Assembly: GCA_030704615.1 (NCBI GenBank)
Contig: CM060734.1
Span: forward strand, 27,962,001-28,026,000
Direction of reading: 5' to 3'
Source: Takakia lepidozioides
Taxonomy: Eukaryota; Plantae; Bryophyta
Length of the DNA stretch: 64,000 nt
Part shown: in pieces, positions 36,470-49,584 of the stretch
Layout of the letters: the number at the start of each line of letters is the position of its first letter
How positions within the stretch are numbered: position 1 is the first letter of the stretch
Made by a program: the position numbers and the translations under genes
Notes under the pieces: generated by a model
What the model saw: the letters and a program-made list of their open reading frames with translations, nothing else
Told to the model about the DNA's origin: nothing
Databases searched by the model: none

Positions 36470-39400
36470 TAAATCGCAGTTCCACTTGCACAATGGACTG
36501 CTCCGGTACAAGCAAAAACGTCTCTACGTGCCGAAGGGAGGGATCAGAGATAGTCTCTTGAGAGAATGCCACGATGGCCCGCTTGCGGGCCACGACGGAG
36601 CCAAGCGCACTGCCGTACTATTGAAAAAAGAGTATTTCTGGCCCAAACTGAGGGAGGAGGCCGAGGAGCATATCAAGACATGCACCAAATGCCAACAAAA
36701 CCGGAGCGAGTACAAAAAGCAAGTGGGGCTGTTACAACCCTTGCTGATTCCAGAGGGGTCTTGGGAAAGTGTCTCGATGGATTTCATGACTGCTTTGCGG
36801 CTGTTAAAAGGATTTGATGCAATCATGGTGGTGGTGGATAGGTTCAGTAAAATGGGCCATTTCATCCCCACCAAGGAGATGACAACGGCGCAGGAGACGG
36901 GGCGACTTTATTTTGCCCACGTTTTCATGCATCATGGACTCCCGAAGGATATTGTCTCGGACCGCGATCCAAAGTTTACAACTAAATTTTGGAGGGCACT
37001 TTGGAAGAAAATGGGGACGAGGCTCAAGATGAGCACGGCCTTCCGACCTACAACGGACGGCCAAACAGAAATAGTGAACTCCGTGGTGAAGCAGATCTTG
37101 CGGAATTATGTGTCGGCAGACCGGTCAGACAGGGTGGAGCACTTGGATGTGGCAGAGTTCTGTTAAAATAACACAAAACACTCTGCAATGGGAGTCTCCC
37201 CTTTCGTATTGGTCTATGGTAAAACACCTCTGGTGCCGACAAGTTGGGCTGCCCAGGACGGTGAGGAGCCGGCAGCAGCGGCGGTGCTGGAAGAACGCGA
37301 ACGTTTGTTGGAGCTTGCAAAGTACAACATTGCCAAAGCTAGGAAACGGTATGAACGGCAGACGAATCAGAAGCAGAGGGAAGTTAAGTTTGAGGCAGGC
37401 ATAGAGGTCTGGTTGAACATCAAGAATTTTTTACTACCTCCGGAAGTGAGTCCGAAGTTCGTACCTCCGTATGCGGGGCCCTTTCGCATCCGGAAGGTTA
37501 TGAATGAGGATGTGTATGAATTGGAGCTGTCGGGAAACAACAAGGTGCATCCGGTATTCCACGTTTCTCTTTTGAAGCCTTACTTCAAAGATGAAGCGCG
37601 TCCGAATTGGCATCAAGTGTTGCGTCCGCCACCTGTGCTGTTGGATCATGAAAATGAACCTGAGTACGAGGTGGAGACAGTGCTTAAGTCGAGGAGGTTC
37701 AAGAATCGAGAAACGGAGTATCTCGTGAAATGGAAGGGCTATCATCAAGTGGAGGCAACTTGGGTGCGTGCCTCAGAAATGGGAAACGCATCTGAGGCGG
37801 TTGCAGCTTTCGAAGGGCGACCTCAAAAGCGGAGAAGCGTTGATAGGGACATAACTTGGATCGTGTGGGGGAGGGAAAGCATGCTTAGTCCGGCTTAGCT
37901 AGCTTAGGAATCCGATTGCAAAAACTTATGTTGTACAAATTTTATTTATAAATGAAATGGTTTCCAAATGTTGTGCTTCCTATTTTGTTTGGAATGGTGA
38001 TGCATGGTATGGTTGGCTAGTGTGTAGAATGCATGTTAGCTTACAAAAGTGGGAGAGGTAAATTGGATTAATCGTGTGTTTGCGCAGAGCCGAAATCGGG
38101 TGACTCCCATCCAAGGGGCAATGAAACTTGCGCCTTCTTTGAGAGTTCACATGCTAGTGCGCACCTGACGCGTGCACGTACTATAACTGCGCTACCAAGG
38201 GGGTTGCCTTGTAGTGCGGGCTAATGCGGAAGCTACGTGCTCCCGTTCACGTACTATAATCGTGTAGCCTCGGGACGAAGTTGTAGTGCGGCTTCGACGT
38301 GTTCTCGTACCTCAAGCCAGCATTCCAAGGCGGACCCAATTGTAGTGATTGGGGCGCACGATTGGTTCAAGGTTATCTTCCTAGTAAAAAAGGGTTCAAG
38401 GTGAACCCTTGCTGAAGGTGATGCCAAAAAGCGGCATCATGAGCGGTCGCAAGCAATGTTGTTGCAGTAAGGCGATTCGATCCTCGGGGAGGATCGTTCC
38501 TTGGCCTTAAAGTGGGCCAAGAAGAGTGCACTGGGTGGAGCTTGAGAGGCTCCACCCTTGGCCGGGACTTGGAGGAAGTCGGCCGAACTAGCTAGTGGAG
38601 AGGAGAGTCAAGTGGGGGTTGGTTCTTTGCCATGGGACGCCATGGTACGAAAACAAACTCCTTGATGTGGGACGCCACAACTTGGATGTTAGTTTCTACA
38701 AAACGGACAAGTCAATGAGGACATCGACTCCCTGTTGGTATGGGTGTGTGTCGCGGCCCTTTGCCTTGAGGGCAGGGGGTCGGGACACAAGAGGGGCTGC
38801 CCCTGTGGTGGGGGCAGTGACAACAATAGGTATGGGGGCTGAAGCACCCTTGAGTGCCCAAGGCACTCAAGAAGGCGGAGGCGCTCACTAGGTGGAGCCC
38901 CGCACACCGGGTTGCAGTGGGGGTGGTTCCACGAGGGGTGGTGGTAGCTTAGTGGGTTAGTGGGGGGGTGGCATAGGACTCACCATGGGGCTGAGACCTT
39001 GTGGTGGGAGTCGTGGGGAGTCCTGGGACTCATCATGGTCCATTGGGGCCGTGGTGGGTGGGCCAAGACTCACCGCGACTCATCACCGGGAATCAAGGGT
39101 CTTCGTGGTGGTTCGCCATAAAAGAACTATGTTGTTTGTGAAACCCCCGCGGACAGTCACAGAATTATATATAGGGAGTAGTAACCTCGAGAACGGTGCA
39201 AGCCCGTTGGTGACCAAGAACTAGTGAGTAAGAGTGCGAGCCGGAAAGCGACCAAGGTGTGGGGAGCTGTTCCGGACTGCCAACAACCAAAGGGAATTTC
39301 CACTAGGCCCAAAGTGTGCGAGGGTCTCGTGGAGGAGCAAAGGGGGACCGTTATGCCCCGGTGAGCAGCCGAAGCTCCGAGTTGGCCCGACGGCCAGTTT

Positions 39401-39473
39401 GGGAGTTAGGCGCGCGCATCAAAGCGAGTAACTATGACTTGAAGGGGAGTTTACCGAAGGGAGGTGCGCGACA
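36470..39473 (+). mobile_element. 5'-truncated chromovirus (integrase-chromodomain, 3' UTR, LTR 38749-39473), copy 1
   Basis: HHCC, SMDF, VSDRD, GPF, HPVFHVSLLK, chromodomain YEVETVL...EYLVKWKGY...ATW; stop at 37164-37166; LTR TGTCGCG...CGCGACA. Confidence 0.93.
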
Positions 39474-39479
39474 CCCCCT

Positions 39480-40202
39480 GCCTGTGCATCAACTTCATCG
39501 ATGGGCGGATCTACTGGCTGTTTCTGTCGCCCTGCACCTGCCATGCCAACTGCTACAGCACCAACCTCCCGAATGCCTATCCGGGCGTACTCCCGCTCCA
39601 GGGCCTCTCGTCCACCAACAAAATGAACAAGTTTAGGTGTGCCCTCCCGTGCCCACTTTGGCGACCTGAAAATGCCAAGCCCCGAGGCCGCAGACTACTA
39701 TCAATGACTGTCAGATTGCGCTCGATGAGTAATCGCTTTTGGAGGGACTGCTCGTCCTATTGGAGCTGTCGATGATACCACCACCATGTCGCGCTCGTCT
39801 TCACTCTGTCACCCCCAACAGGAGAGCCACCATCCAAATCAAATCTTTTTGAAAATGAGTGACAGTCGTGAGAGGCAGAGCAGGGAGAAGTTGCATCACA
39901 CAACCATGAAAGCAAAAGCAACTAATGGCTAACAATCACATGCAGAAGCACATGCAAAAGGATAACAAAACAAACAAAACAAAGCGAAGAAGACGACGAC
40001 ACATGCTACACAAAGCGGAAGAAGCAGGGGCTCACCTGAGAGTGCTCGGTTTCAGTTGGCGCGGCCGGCTGTGAGCAAGACAAGATGATCTCCTGTTGTA
40101 GCTTCAGTTTGGTCGCGGCCCGTAGTACAAAGGTTTGAGTTTGTGCCGCAGCCTCGATGTGGGGTTTCTCTCAGAAGAGCCTCGCCCTTCTCCACGCGGC
40201 AT
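39480..40202 (-). pseudogene. Gene fragment reading away from the second palindrome array; first exon resembles the 14818 gene
   Basis: ATG at 40202: MPRGEG...RLRHKLKPLYYGPRP/(frameshift)KLKLQQEII...SQ then donor GTGAGC (~40035); a further exon-like stretch at ~39480-39665 is cut by the LTR. Confidence 0.4.
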
Positions 40203-40454
40203 AAGTCCGAATAACAGAAACATCTCGCGCACAATGCGTGGTGGCACATGGAGAATGGAACTTCATCCACCCATCACATCAAGGGCTCCAGGCGTATCCG
40301 GGAAGCAAGCCCGGAATCCGTGCGGACCATCGGGTTCAAAATAGACGACGGCGGAAAATTAATGCGGGCCGGTGGAAATCATTGTGACAGGTTCCGAACT
40401 CGCCCCCGGTGCCACGTGGCCATCCTTCCCCCCAAGACTTCATCGACAGCCCCC

Positions 40455-41040
40455 TGGATGGAAAAACGGCGCCGAATTTCTATCCAGCGGACGAAGTCGG
40501 AGCGCCACAGGCCATCTCCTCCCCGAGACGACCTCATCCAGAGCCCGCTGGATGGGAAAATGACACCGAATTTCCATCCAGCGGACTGTCATCATGGCGC
40601 CACCTGGCCCTCCTTCCCCTCGAGATGTCCTCATCCACAGCCCCCTGGATGGAAAAAAAACGCCGAATTTCCATCCAGCGGAGTGTCATCGTGGCGCCAC
40701 CTGGCCCTCCCTCCCCCCCCCCCAGACGTCCTCATCCACAGCCCCCTGGATGGAAAATGGTGCCAAATTTCCATCCAGCGGATGAAGTGGGAGCGGCACT
40801 TGGCCCTCCCTCCCCCCGAGACGACTTCATCCAGAGCCCCATGGATGGAAAACCTACGCTGAATTTCCATCCAGTGGATAAACTCCTGGCGCGACCTGGC
40901 CTTCCATTCCCCCAAGACGACTTCATCCGGAGCCCCCTGGATGGAAATCGGCGCTCTTGGCGCGACCGGGCGCTCCATTCCCCCAAGACGACTTCATCCG
41001 GAGCCCCTTGGATGGAAATACGGCGCCGAATTTCCATCCA
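40455..41040. repeat. Seven-unit, ~96-bp-period array of the palindrome TGGATGGAAA(T/A)ACGGCGCCGAATTTCCATCCA
   Basis: Unit starts at 40455, 40549, 40646, 40747, 40842, 40938 (partial) and 41009. Confidence 0.93.
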
Positions 41041-41706
41041 GGTTCAATGTGCCGTTTCAACTTCAATGTACATAGTGAAAATAGGACACCAAAAGAAAAC
41101 TACAATTTGCCGTGAAACCATAGCTACTATAACCACTTCCGTCCACTTAAAAGATACCCGGGTCGGTTCTATGGCTTCAGATGCTATTCACTCAGAGGTT
41201 CAGGGTGTTTCACCAGGTATTTGAGTTGTGCAGTACCGGCGGTGTTCAAGTGTCCACGGATCTCTTTTATGCTCATAACCTCCGGTTATAGTTACCCTTA
41301 CCAGGCAAATAAACTGTAATTAACCGGGTGGGTCCCTGATAACCGACCAACACTGGTTCATTCCGTCCGTTGCTGGATGCACAGAGATGATTTCATCCGT
41401 TGGGTCGCTGCCCTAACTTGTGGATGGATGAGCAGAATTTTGGCGCTCGTGTAGACGCACGGTCGGTGGGCAGTTTCCCTGGTTTTGAATTATTGTCTCT
41501 CGCTCGACTTATTCACACTCTGCGCGTTGCCTGCACACAAGAGTCTCATACAAATCCTGTTTGCGATAGAAGGTGCCGTGGAGGGCGGACGCAGGGTGGG
41601 TAATCAGCTTGTAAAGAAAGAAGAAAGGGGAAGGATCAGAAGTAAGGGATTGTGAAAGGCGGTGTGGCTGGCGGGCCAGCGAGTTATCGGAGCGAGAGGG
41701 AGGCAA

Positions 41707-44700
41707 ATGGCAGCGCCTAGAGGCGGGCCTCCTCCAGCGCCTCCACAGGCGGCTCCTTCCTATGGCCCCCGCAACAAGTCCGTTTTTCTCCCCTTTCTGC
41801 TTGTAGTTTGCGTATGGTTGGCCCAGGGTTAGGGTGAGCGGTTGTTGAAAGAGATAATGCGGGTCATTGTTGGAACATGTAAGTTCGTCGCTTTGCTACC
41901 TGCCGCTCTCTGTTGGCGTCCCTATTTCTGTGTTGGTCAGACTTTCCGCCTTCCCAAGGGGACATTGCACCACTCGAATTCAAGCGGAAGTTGCTCTTTG
42001 CTAACACATGTCTTTCCAGGTGCTGTTATCAGGTTGCCTGCATTTCTTCTGCCTTTCTTCGATGTCCTCCTGTTTGTCTGTGGGAGTTTGGAAGATTCTT
42101 TTTCATTTCTGTATTTATCATAGTAGTAATTTCTATTTTGGCTACCATCTCTCTCATTTCCATCGTTGCTCGTGTCTTCCGATAAGTTCTAGCAGTTTGG
42201 TTACATTGGGTGTGGTGCCTCTCGTCGTCTTTCTCTTCGAGTTGCTTATTCTTTTGCTTTTGCTTCACTTCTTGTTTCGTTCTCTTGGGGCACCCAAATT
42301 TTTGTTCTCTTATTATTCTTTCATTTGCCGTCCTCTTTCTCCGGGTCTTCTGTGTCCCTGGGCTGCACGGCTGCGCTTGCCCAGCGGATCCGCTCAACCT
42401 TGTAGAACCCGGGTTTTAAAGTTTCGGAGCTTCTTCTAGTTTGACCCTTAAGTGTTCCATCCGATTTCTGGGCAAACTTACAACTTACCTTGGCCTCCAT
42501 TGGAATTTACCTTGTAATAGCCACTGTCATGATGGTTCTGCTTGTTAAAGAACTACTGTAGGGTTTTAGGGTCGTTTTGTAAAAAGCACAAAGAAGTCTA
42601 TAGTTATCCTTCATGTGGTGGTGGAAACAGTTTTGATCCCCACAGTACTTAATATTGGTAGCTTTAGTGTATCAAGGGGGTATTCTTACATGTTTTTATT
42701 CACATTGGATGCTGTAGTTGTGGCTAGAAAGCTGGCATTGCAGTGTTTGAATGATAAACCTTAGTGTTGGTCCAAAACAGGGCCTGCACTAGTCCTCACC
42801 TGGATTGGACCCACATTACTGGGCTCTGATAGTTGCTGATGAGATACATGTTTCGGGCTGCTGTTATGATGTCATAGAAGCCTAGAAGTCCCGTTGGAAG
42901 CAAAGTCTCTAATTTTGAATGTTCTGATTCAAAGCTGTGGGCATGCCAGTTTGTGTCAGATAGTGTTGACCCAGCATACTTATGGTAGACCTCTGGAGCC
43001 TATTAGTGGTCAATAATTGAATTCTTCATGATGGTGTTAAAGCAGAGTGGATGAAAAGTGATCCATTAGCAGGCCTGTGGTTGACTGATGGTTTGTTTTT
43101 ATGGTTGGCAGTTCTCAAGACTGGAAGGCACAACTCAAATTGCCTCCTGCTGACTCTCGATTTAAGACTGAGGTATGAGTAAAATCGTAGAACGATGAAC
43201 ACCTGCATGTATTGCAGCCTATGATGATGCAAGTATTCTGTTTTCTTGTAAATTCTGGTCTGGTTTCTCATGTGCATATTGCTGAAAACAGAAAGAACTG
43301 TGAATAGACCAAGTAATGAATGAGTATTCCACAGGCGAAGTAGCTGGAAGTGTCTCATGAAGGAAAACCGCATTTTAGACGAGTTCTCTCTATTTTCCCT
43401 TTCCTATGCGGGTTTAGTCATAGCCCACCAAGACTCCACTTCAAGAATACCTTGGGAGTTTTCCAGTAAGGCATCTGTCTTGGAAGCATGAGGTTGATAA
43501 CTGAGTGAGCAGCTAATATGACCCAAGCTGTTAGACCATGTTAGAAGCTCAGCCCCCCGGGTGTGCTGGTGGGTACTGTCAGGATGTCACAGCAACGAAG
43601 GGGAATGAGTTTGAGGATTACTTTCTTAAACGGGAGCTGCTGATGGGCATATATGAGAAGGGGTTTGAACGGCCGTCTCCTATACAAGAAGAGAGTATAC
43701 CAATTGCATTGACAGGGAGTGATATATTGGCCCGTGCTAAGAATGGCACTGGAAAAACTGCAGCCTTTAGTATTCCAGCAATTGAGAAGATTGACCAAAA
43801 TAAAAATGCTATTCAAGGTGCTGATGCCAAACCCGTCATCTGACACCACCTTGTAGTCATTTGACATGTTTCCTTCTTCACCTGCATCCTGACAATCTAT
43901 TTATTGGTGGTCATGTTGCATTTTCTGTGTTTATGAAGTCAGAAAGGGACTTCGATAGCTGCACATAACTGTGTGTGATCTCCATGAGCTTCTGCATCAT
44001 GAAGTTGCAATATGATCCGTCATTTTTTTAGGAAGTTTCTACATCAGGTGAAGTCTTGCAATGAGTATTTTTGGTGATTCAATCCCCAAGGGAGGGGACA
44101 GTAGAAAATGTTACTACTACAAGATGAACAGAAGTCCTGTAGAGGCTGTCGTTGTCGAACAACGTAGTTGCTGAAATCATGGAATATTTTCCTTTTCACT
44201 CTTTGGCCCAATTTGAAACTGTGCAGTTCTGCTGCTAGTGCCAACAAGGGAGTTAGCACTGCAAACGTCACAGGTTTGCAAAGAACTGGCCAAGCATTTG
44301 AACATTCAGATCATGGTCACAACTGGTGGAACCAGCCTTCGCGATGACATCATGCGCCTCTACCAACCAGTGCATCTGCTGGTTGGCACGCCTGGTCGAG
44401 TCCTGGACTTGGCTAACAAGGGCGTCTGCAACCTTCGAGAATGCTCAATGCTAGTCATGGATGAGGTGAGTGCAGTATTCTGTGACACTCATATGCTATC
44501 TTCTCAAGCTTTGGAGTAGTCGCTTGAGAGACATGTGGCCTTGAATGGTCACTTGTATGGGATGGGTCCTAAATGGTCTGTCAACATCATGTCTGACAAG
44601 GGTTTGCCCACTTCATAGGCCCAATTTTTTTGGTCAAATAAGTAGTACACTTGAACTTCTCGCACCACTAACCCATGTTTTGTATTTCTGGGTGCAGGCT

Positions 44701-46926
44701 GACAAGCTTCTGTCGCCAGAGTTCCAACCATTGGTAGAGCAACTCATTGGCTTTCTGCCAGAAAACCGCCAGATATTGCTGTACTCAGCAACATTCCCAG
44801 TAACGGTGAAGTCGTTCAAGGACAGATTTCTCCGAAAGCCTTACGTTATTAACCTCATGGATGAGTTGACTTTGAAGGGTATTACCCAGTATTATGCTTT
44901 TGTGGAAGAGAGGCAGAAAGTACACTGCCTGAACACCTTGTTTTCAAAGGTATGCTAAGGGGGATTAGTTTTCTGTAGTCCGTATTGTCTAGTGGGGTGG
45001 GAGCCGTGCATTTTGCACCGCTCCTTTGCTGTATGGCATGTTTGGATGCTGCACTTGTTCTAGCAACTATGGCGAGTGTACTTAGGGTGGAGGGTTGGGA
45101 GTATTAAGCATGTAGAAACTTGTGCCACCTTCGGGGAGTCTATGTGGCGTATTTCTAAGCAGCAAGTGCTGCTGTTACATTCTACTTGCCCTCAGTTAGG
45201 ACATATTGCAACCCCGGCTTAAGCTCTGCATATCAATGTACGCTAAGTTTCTTGGAAGCAGTCTGACATCTAATGGATGGGTGCTCGACAGCTGCAAATC
45301 AACCAGTCCATCATCTTCTGCAATTCAGTGAACAGAGTGGAACTGCTGGCTAAGAAGATTACTGAGCTTGGGTATTCGTGTTTTTACATTCATGCAAAGA
45401 TGCTCCAGTCACATCGCAACAGGGTGTTTCATGACTTCAGAAATGGGGCCTGCCGGAACCTGGTTTCTTCAGGTACCTATGTCGCCGGTACCTGCATCCC
45501 TTGGTTTTCCACTCGTTTGCCATATTGGGCTGGTTTAGTTGAGGTGTACAGTGTGATCCCAGTGATCCAGCAGATCCACAGTCAGCAGCCCATGCAAGAT
45601 GTCATTATCTGCTGCAGAGGCCCTCTTGGGGAGTGGCTTCTGCCATCTGGACATTCCTTTTTCAGGATGCAAATTGAATTGTGTTTGAAGTTTCAATTTG
45701 GAAAATATGTCAAGTAGTTTGGTACTTCTGGTGTATAAGTAGGTTGTTTGGCACTGGTGTTCACAACTGGCTGAATGTCTAGTTGAGTCCGTGAGGGTGA
45801 CATCGAAGCAAGTGTAGACCTACATGCACTATTAGCCTACAGGAAGGTTATGTGGTATCTGGTAGCAGCTCCCTGCTGGGTCTCTACATCCAGCAGAGCC
45901 ACAGACCTGGGAGTATGGGGAACTTCAAATCCCTCTATTCTGTGGAGAACTGCATTTGCCAGTCACTGAGGGGTCTCTAGGGGGATTTGCTCGTGGGCGT
46001 CTGTGCAGAAAGAAGAGAGGTCAACTTAGAATTGAGATATATGTACGAACTTGTATGTTTTCTGCAAGGTTTCAGTTCTTGTGTGAATCAAAATTTGCAT
46101 GTATGATGTGTTTGCAGATCTTTTCACAAGAGGGATTGACATACAAGCTGTGAATGTGGTCATCAATTTTGACTTCCCAAAAAACTCTGAAACATACCTT
46201 CACAGAGTATGTCCCGTTTGCATCTTTGAATAATTTTACCTAGGTTTCTGTCAGGGGAAAGAGCTTTAAATCCCTGGAGTGGGAATTTGCTGCTGTAGGA
46301 CTAGTTAGGCAGTTCTTTGTTGCTGTTGTCACTAGGTGCCCTGTACCGCGGATTCTTCATGCAAGCAACGATTGATAGCATTTGGTAAATAGACAAAAAA
46401 ATTGACTTGTGACCTGGTAGTCACTCTGAACATGTATTCCTCTGTTTTGGTTCAGGTTGGCCGTTCAGGAAGGTTTGGTCATCTTGGACTTGCTGTTAAT
46501 CTGATAACTTACGAAGACCGATTCAACTTGTGAGTGTCATCATGTGTGCTGGAATATGTAGCATGAACATAGCTAGGAGGTGTGAGGCACATGTTGCTGG
46601 TGTTTTGCATATTGCTTGACAAATTTGAATTGTATACATGTGGCATTTTCCAAAGCAGCTGAATCGGTGTTTATTTCATGATGACTAATGCCTGACCAAG
46701 GAACTGATAATCTGAGGGTTTCACAAACATGGTTGTTCTTCTTTCCCCCATTTGGTCTATTCTTAGTGATCTGCTTACTGAAGTGATGTGTACCTATCAG
46801 AGTCAAGCAGTCTATCTTAGTGATGCATTGTTGGTTGATTTGAACAGGTATCGGATTGAACAAGAGCTGGGCACTGAGATCAAGCCGATCCCACCACAGA
46901 TAGACCGTACTATCTACTGCCGGTAA
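41707..46926 (+). CDS. DDX6: DEAD-box RNA helicase of the DDX6/Dhh1 family (plant RH6/RH8/RH12 type), 9 coding exons, 426 aa
   Basis: Exons 41707-41777, 43112-43172, 43583-43817, 44227-44465, 44698-44949, 45292-45472, 46118-46206, 46456-46529, 46848-46926. All introns GT-AG, phases consistent, total 1281 nt. Motifs [43 protein letters not shown]. Exon 1 is the least certain. Confidence 0.96.
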
Positions 46927-48157
46927 CTTAATGTGGTGTAGCAGACATGGGCAAGAGAGATACCTGTGCAGAGCTGTTGAATGTTGTTGTCTGCTCCATG
47001 GCAGGCAGATTTGGTGGCATTGTATGACACGAGCTTAGCGGGAAATTTTACAGGCTTTAGAGTTGGCTTTGGAGGCCAAGTTCTACATAACTCTCATCGG
47101 ATGTGTTGAGGTCCCGAATTTAGGAGGCCTCTGGTCTGTATGTACCAAGTGTAGCTCTATGGGTGGGTACATGCCATTTCTGCAGTGACTGTCGTTGTGC
47201 CTCTAGAGAGGTCTGTGTGGCATTCTCCTGTTATTGTGGCAGTGAAAGAGCTGGATTACTCTCATTTGCATCATTTTATAGTGCCTGTGAGTTTCCCGTG
47301 TGTCTTTCGAGTCGATATGCAGCTGTTGCTGTGATTTTTATGAGGATGGTAGTGACATAGGCAGCCAGGCGTCACAGTTGTTCAGTGTGATGTGTCTGAG
47401 CGAATTATTCCTGGCCAACTGATGTGGTTCGATTCCTGTGTGACGACGTAAGGGATAGAACCAACCCTATGCAGAAGCTGCCCCCTTGACACTAATATTG
47501 GAACTACAGCAGGGGTAACAGGCTTCTTTGTAAAACTTCCCAGTGAACTGATCCTGGGTAGAAGCTATCCGCACAGTGTTGGCCACTTGTTAATTGATTG
47601 GCCACTTGTTGGTTAAAAACAGAAGCCTGGTCTTGGTGCTTGATCGTGTCCCCAAAGCATGGCTGCAGTGACCATCCGTATGGTGCCAGGTATTGCAAGT
47701 ACACTCTTTCTCCCCAGCCTTGCACACAATTGAATGAAATCTATGTAATGTCCTTTGGAAAGCATGAGTTGAAACATTAGAATGAGGCTCACAGAGAGCC
47801 CTAAGGCTTCTTGTGTCAGGTACATGTGCTGAACTACTACATGATCATTGGTCGTACTGTAGTGGGATGATATATTAGCAGGGCACTTGGTACGCCCTCT
47901 CTCAACACGGCAATGCCGTGGACACAGCATGACTCGATCTTTCTGCCCCCAAGTGGCAGAGGTCCACTTGTTACCATTCAGAGATCACCACTTGAAAGGA
48001 GCTGCAGGGAATGGCCGGCATAGACATATTCTAAAGAGGGAGAGGCCCCAAACTCTCCAACTAAATCCAATGCACTACCTTACTCGAAGCTGAGTGTTTC
48101 AGGTCAAAACAAACAAAGACACGAGGTCACAAGGCCGGCATTTAGTCATAGAGACCT

Positions 48158-48344
48158 GACAACCAGCATGTAGCCCAGTGGTAATGGGCACATACCATGT
48201 TGGATGTGGTTGTGGGTTCAAACCATGGTCTGGTGTGTCATGAAGGTGTCCACCTTTCAGCTGGAAGGCAGTACCCCTTGTGGTGAAGTGACACCATAAG
48301 TTGTGCTCCCTTCGGGAGGCGCCATACTTACTTTTTTTTTTTTC
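48158..48344 (+). mobile_element. tRNA-derived SINE (187 bp) with 12-bp target-site duplication
   Basis: A-box TAGCCCAGTGG (48171-48181), B-box GGTTCAAACC (48215-48224), poly(T) 48332-48343, TSD TCATAGAGACCT at 48146-48157 and 48345-48356. Confidence 0.9.
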
Positions 48345-49584
48345 TCATAGAGACCTTTATCTACTCCCATATCAAGTCCACCCAATGGGAGAGAGAGAGA
48401 GAGAGGAACAAGGACAGGGCTTCATGAAACTGCGACATGGTGCATACAAAATAGTTTTTGGTGTCTTAGCTATCATCATCATCATCACGTATATCTCACA
48501 CATCCTGGTTAAAGTTTCACACACAACCCCCCAGGGGTCCAAGTTGCATAGACATGTAAATGATGATAACAACATTTCCCAGGGTGATTTTTGGGAAATG
48601 GTTACTTATGCCAAATCTAGGGCTTCATGTTATAGTTTTTGGGGTAAATCCCAGGATGGAAGCCGTGTCCTTTAAAACTATCTGCTCCAGCTTAGGCTTG
48701 GAATATGTGGCTAATGGCACCATCTCGAGACTTGATAACAGAGGTACTTTGAAGGTTTCAGAAAAAATGCTACAAATAGAGTCTCACATCAAATTAATAT
48801 CAAAGAAGTTCGTCCCTTGACTAGCTGGAGAGCGGTCTTATATGTTGGTGATTCAATGAGGCGCTCTAGGAGCACAACCAAGGGTGGGGACTTCCAACTT
48901 AAAAGTTTTTAACCGGTTTGATGCCCTAGATGAGGTTGATACCAAGCAGCCACAAAGTCTGAGCGTCGTGTGACTCAAGGATATGGTACTTTGAATGGTT
49001 TGCCAATCCTTAAAGTTTACACAAGACAAGCAAAATCCACACGCGGGATAATTGACCCCCCTTCATAGAGAGAAGCTACGTCGTGAGCGTGCTCACGCTT
49101 TGTATACCAAGTGTGAGCAAATTTGTCCTAAACGTGAGCAAAATCATGAAAGATGGCCTATATCCGTGGAAAAGATAGGCCTATTACCGTGGATGCAAAG
49201 TGTTGTGAAATGGACATTTTTTAGGAACTTGGCAGGGACTCAAGAGAGTACATTGGAAATGGAAACAATACAGCCCCTATGGAATGTCAGCTTCATGCAG
49301 CGACGACTGTGTTTGTTGCAAGGCAAGCACAATACTAAACTCAGATGAAGCTTCGGTGCAAAGGTTGAACATGCAACATGGAATTGAAATCATTAACACA
49401 GATATGTCTGGCCAAAATGGAACAACAACATTGAGACTCAGAGTACAAAATAACCCACAGAAGTTAGAAATTGCAATTAAAAGCCACTCCACCATTGCTG
49501 GCAGCAAAGTATAGGGAAATTACACAAAACACATTGTCATGGTTTGCAAAAGTTGCGAGAGTCTCAATGTCTATGTGAGCCATC

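Noticed and set aside
40248-41224. Pro-rich ORFs across array 2
   Set aside because: Translations of the repeat in several frames with variable unit length; no coding signature.
48160-48240. Functional tRNA gene
   Set aside because: A/B boxes are present but I could not fold a proper cloverleaf; the unrelated 3' half, poly(T) tail and TSD identify a SINE.
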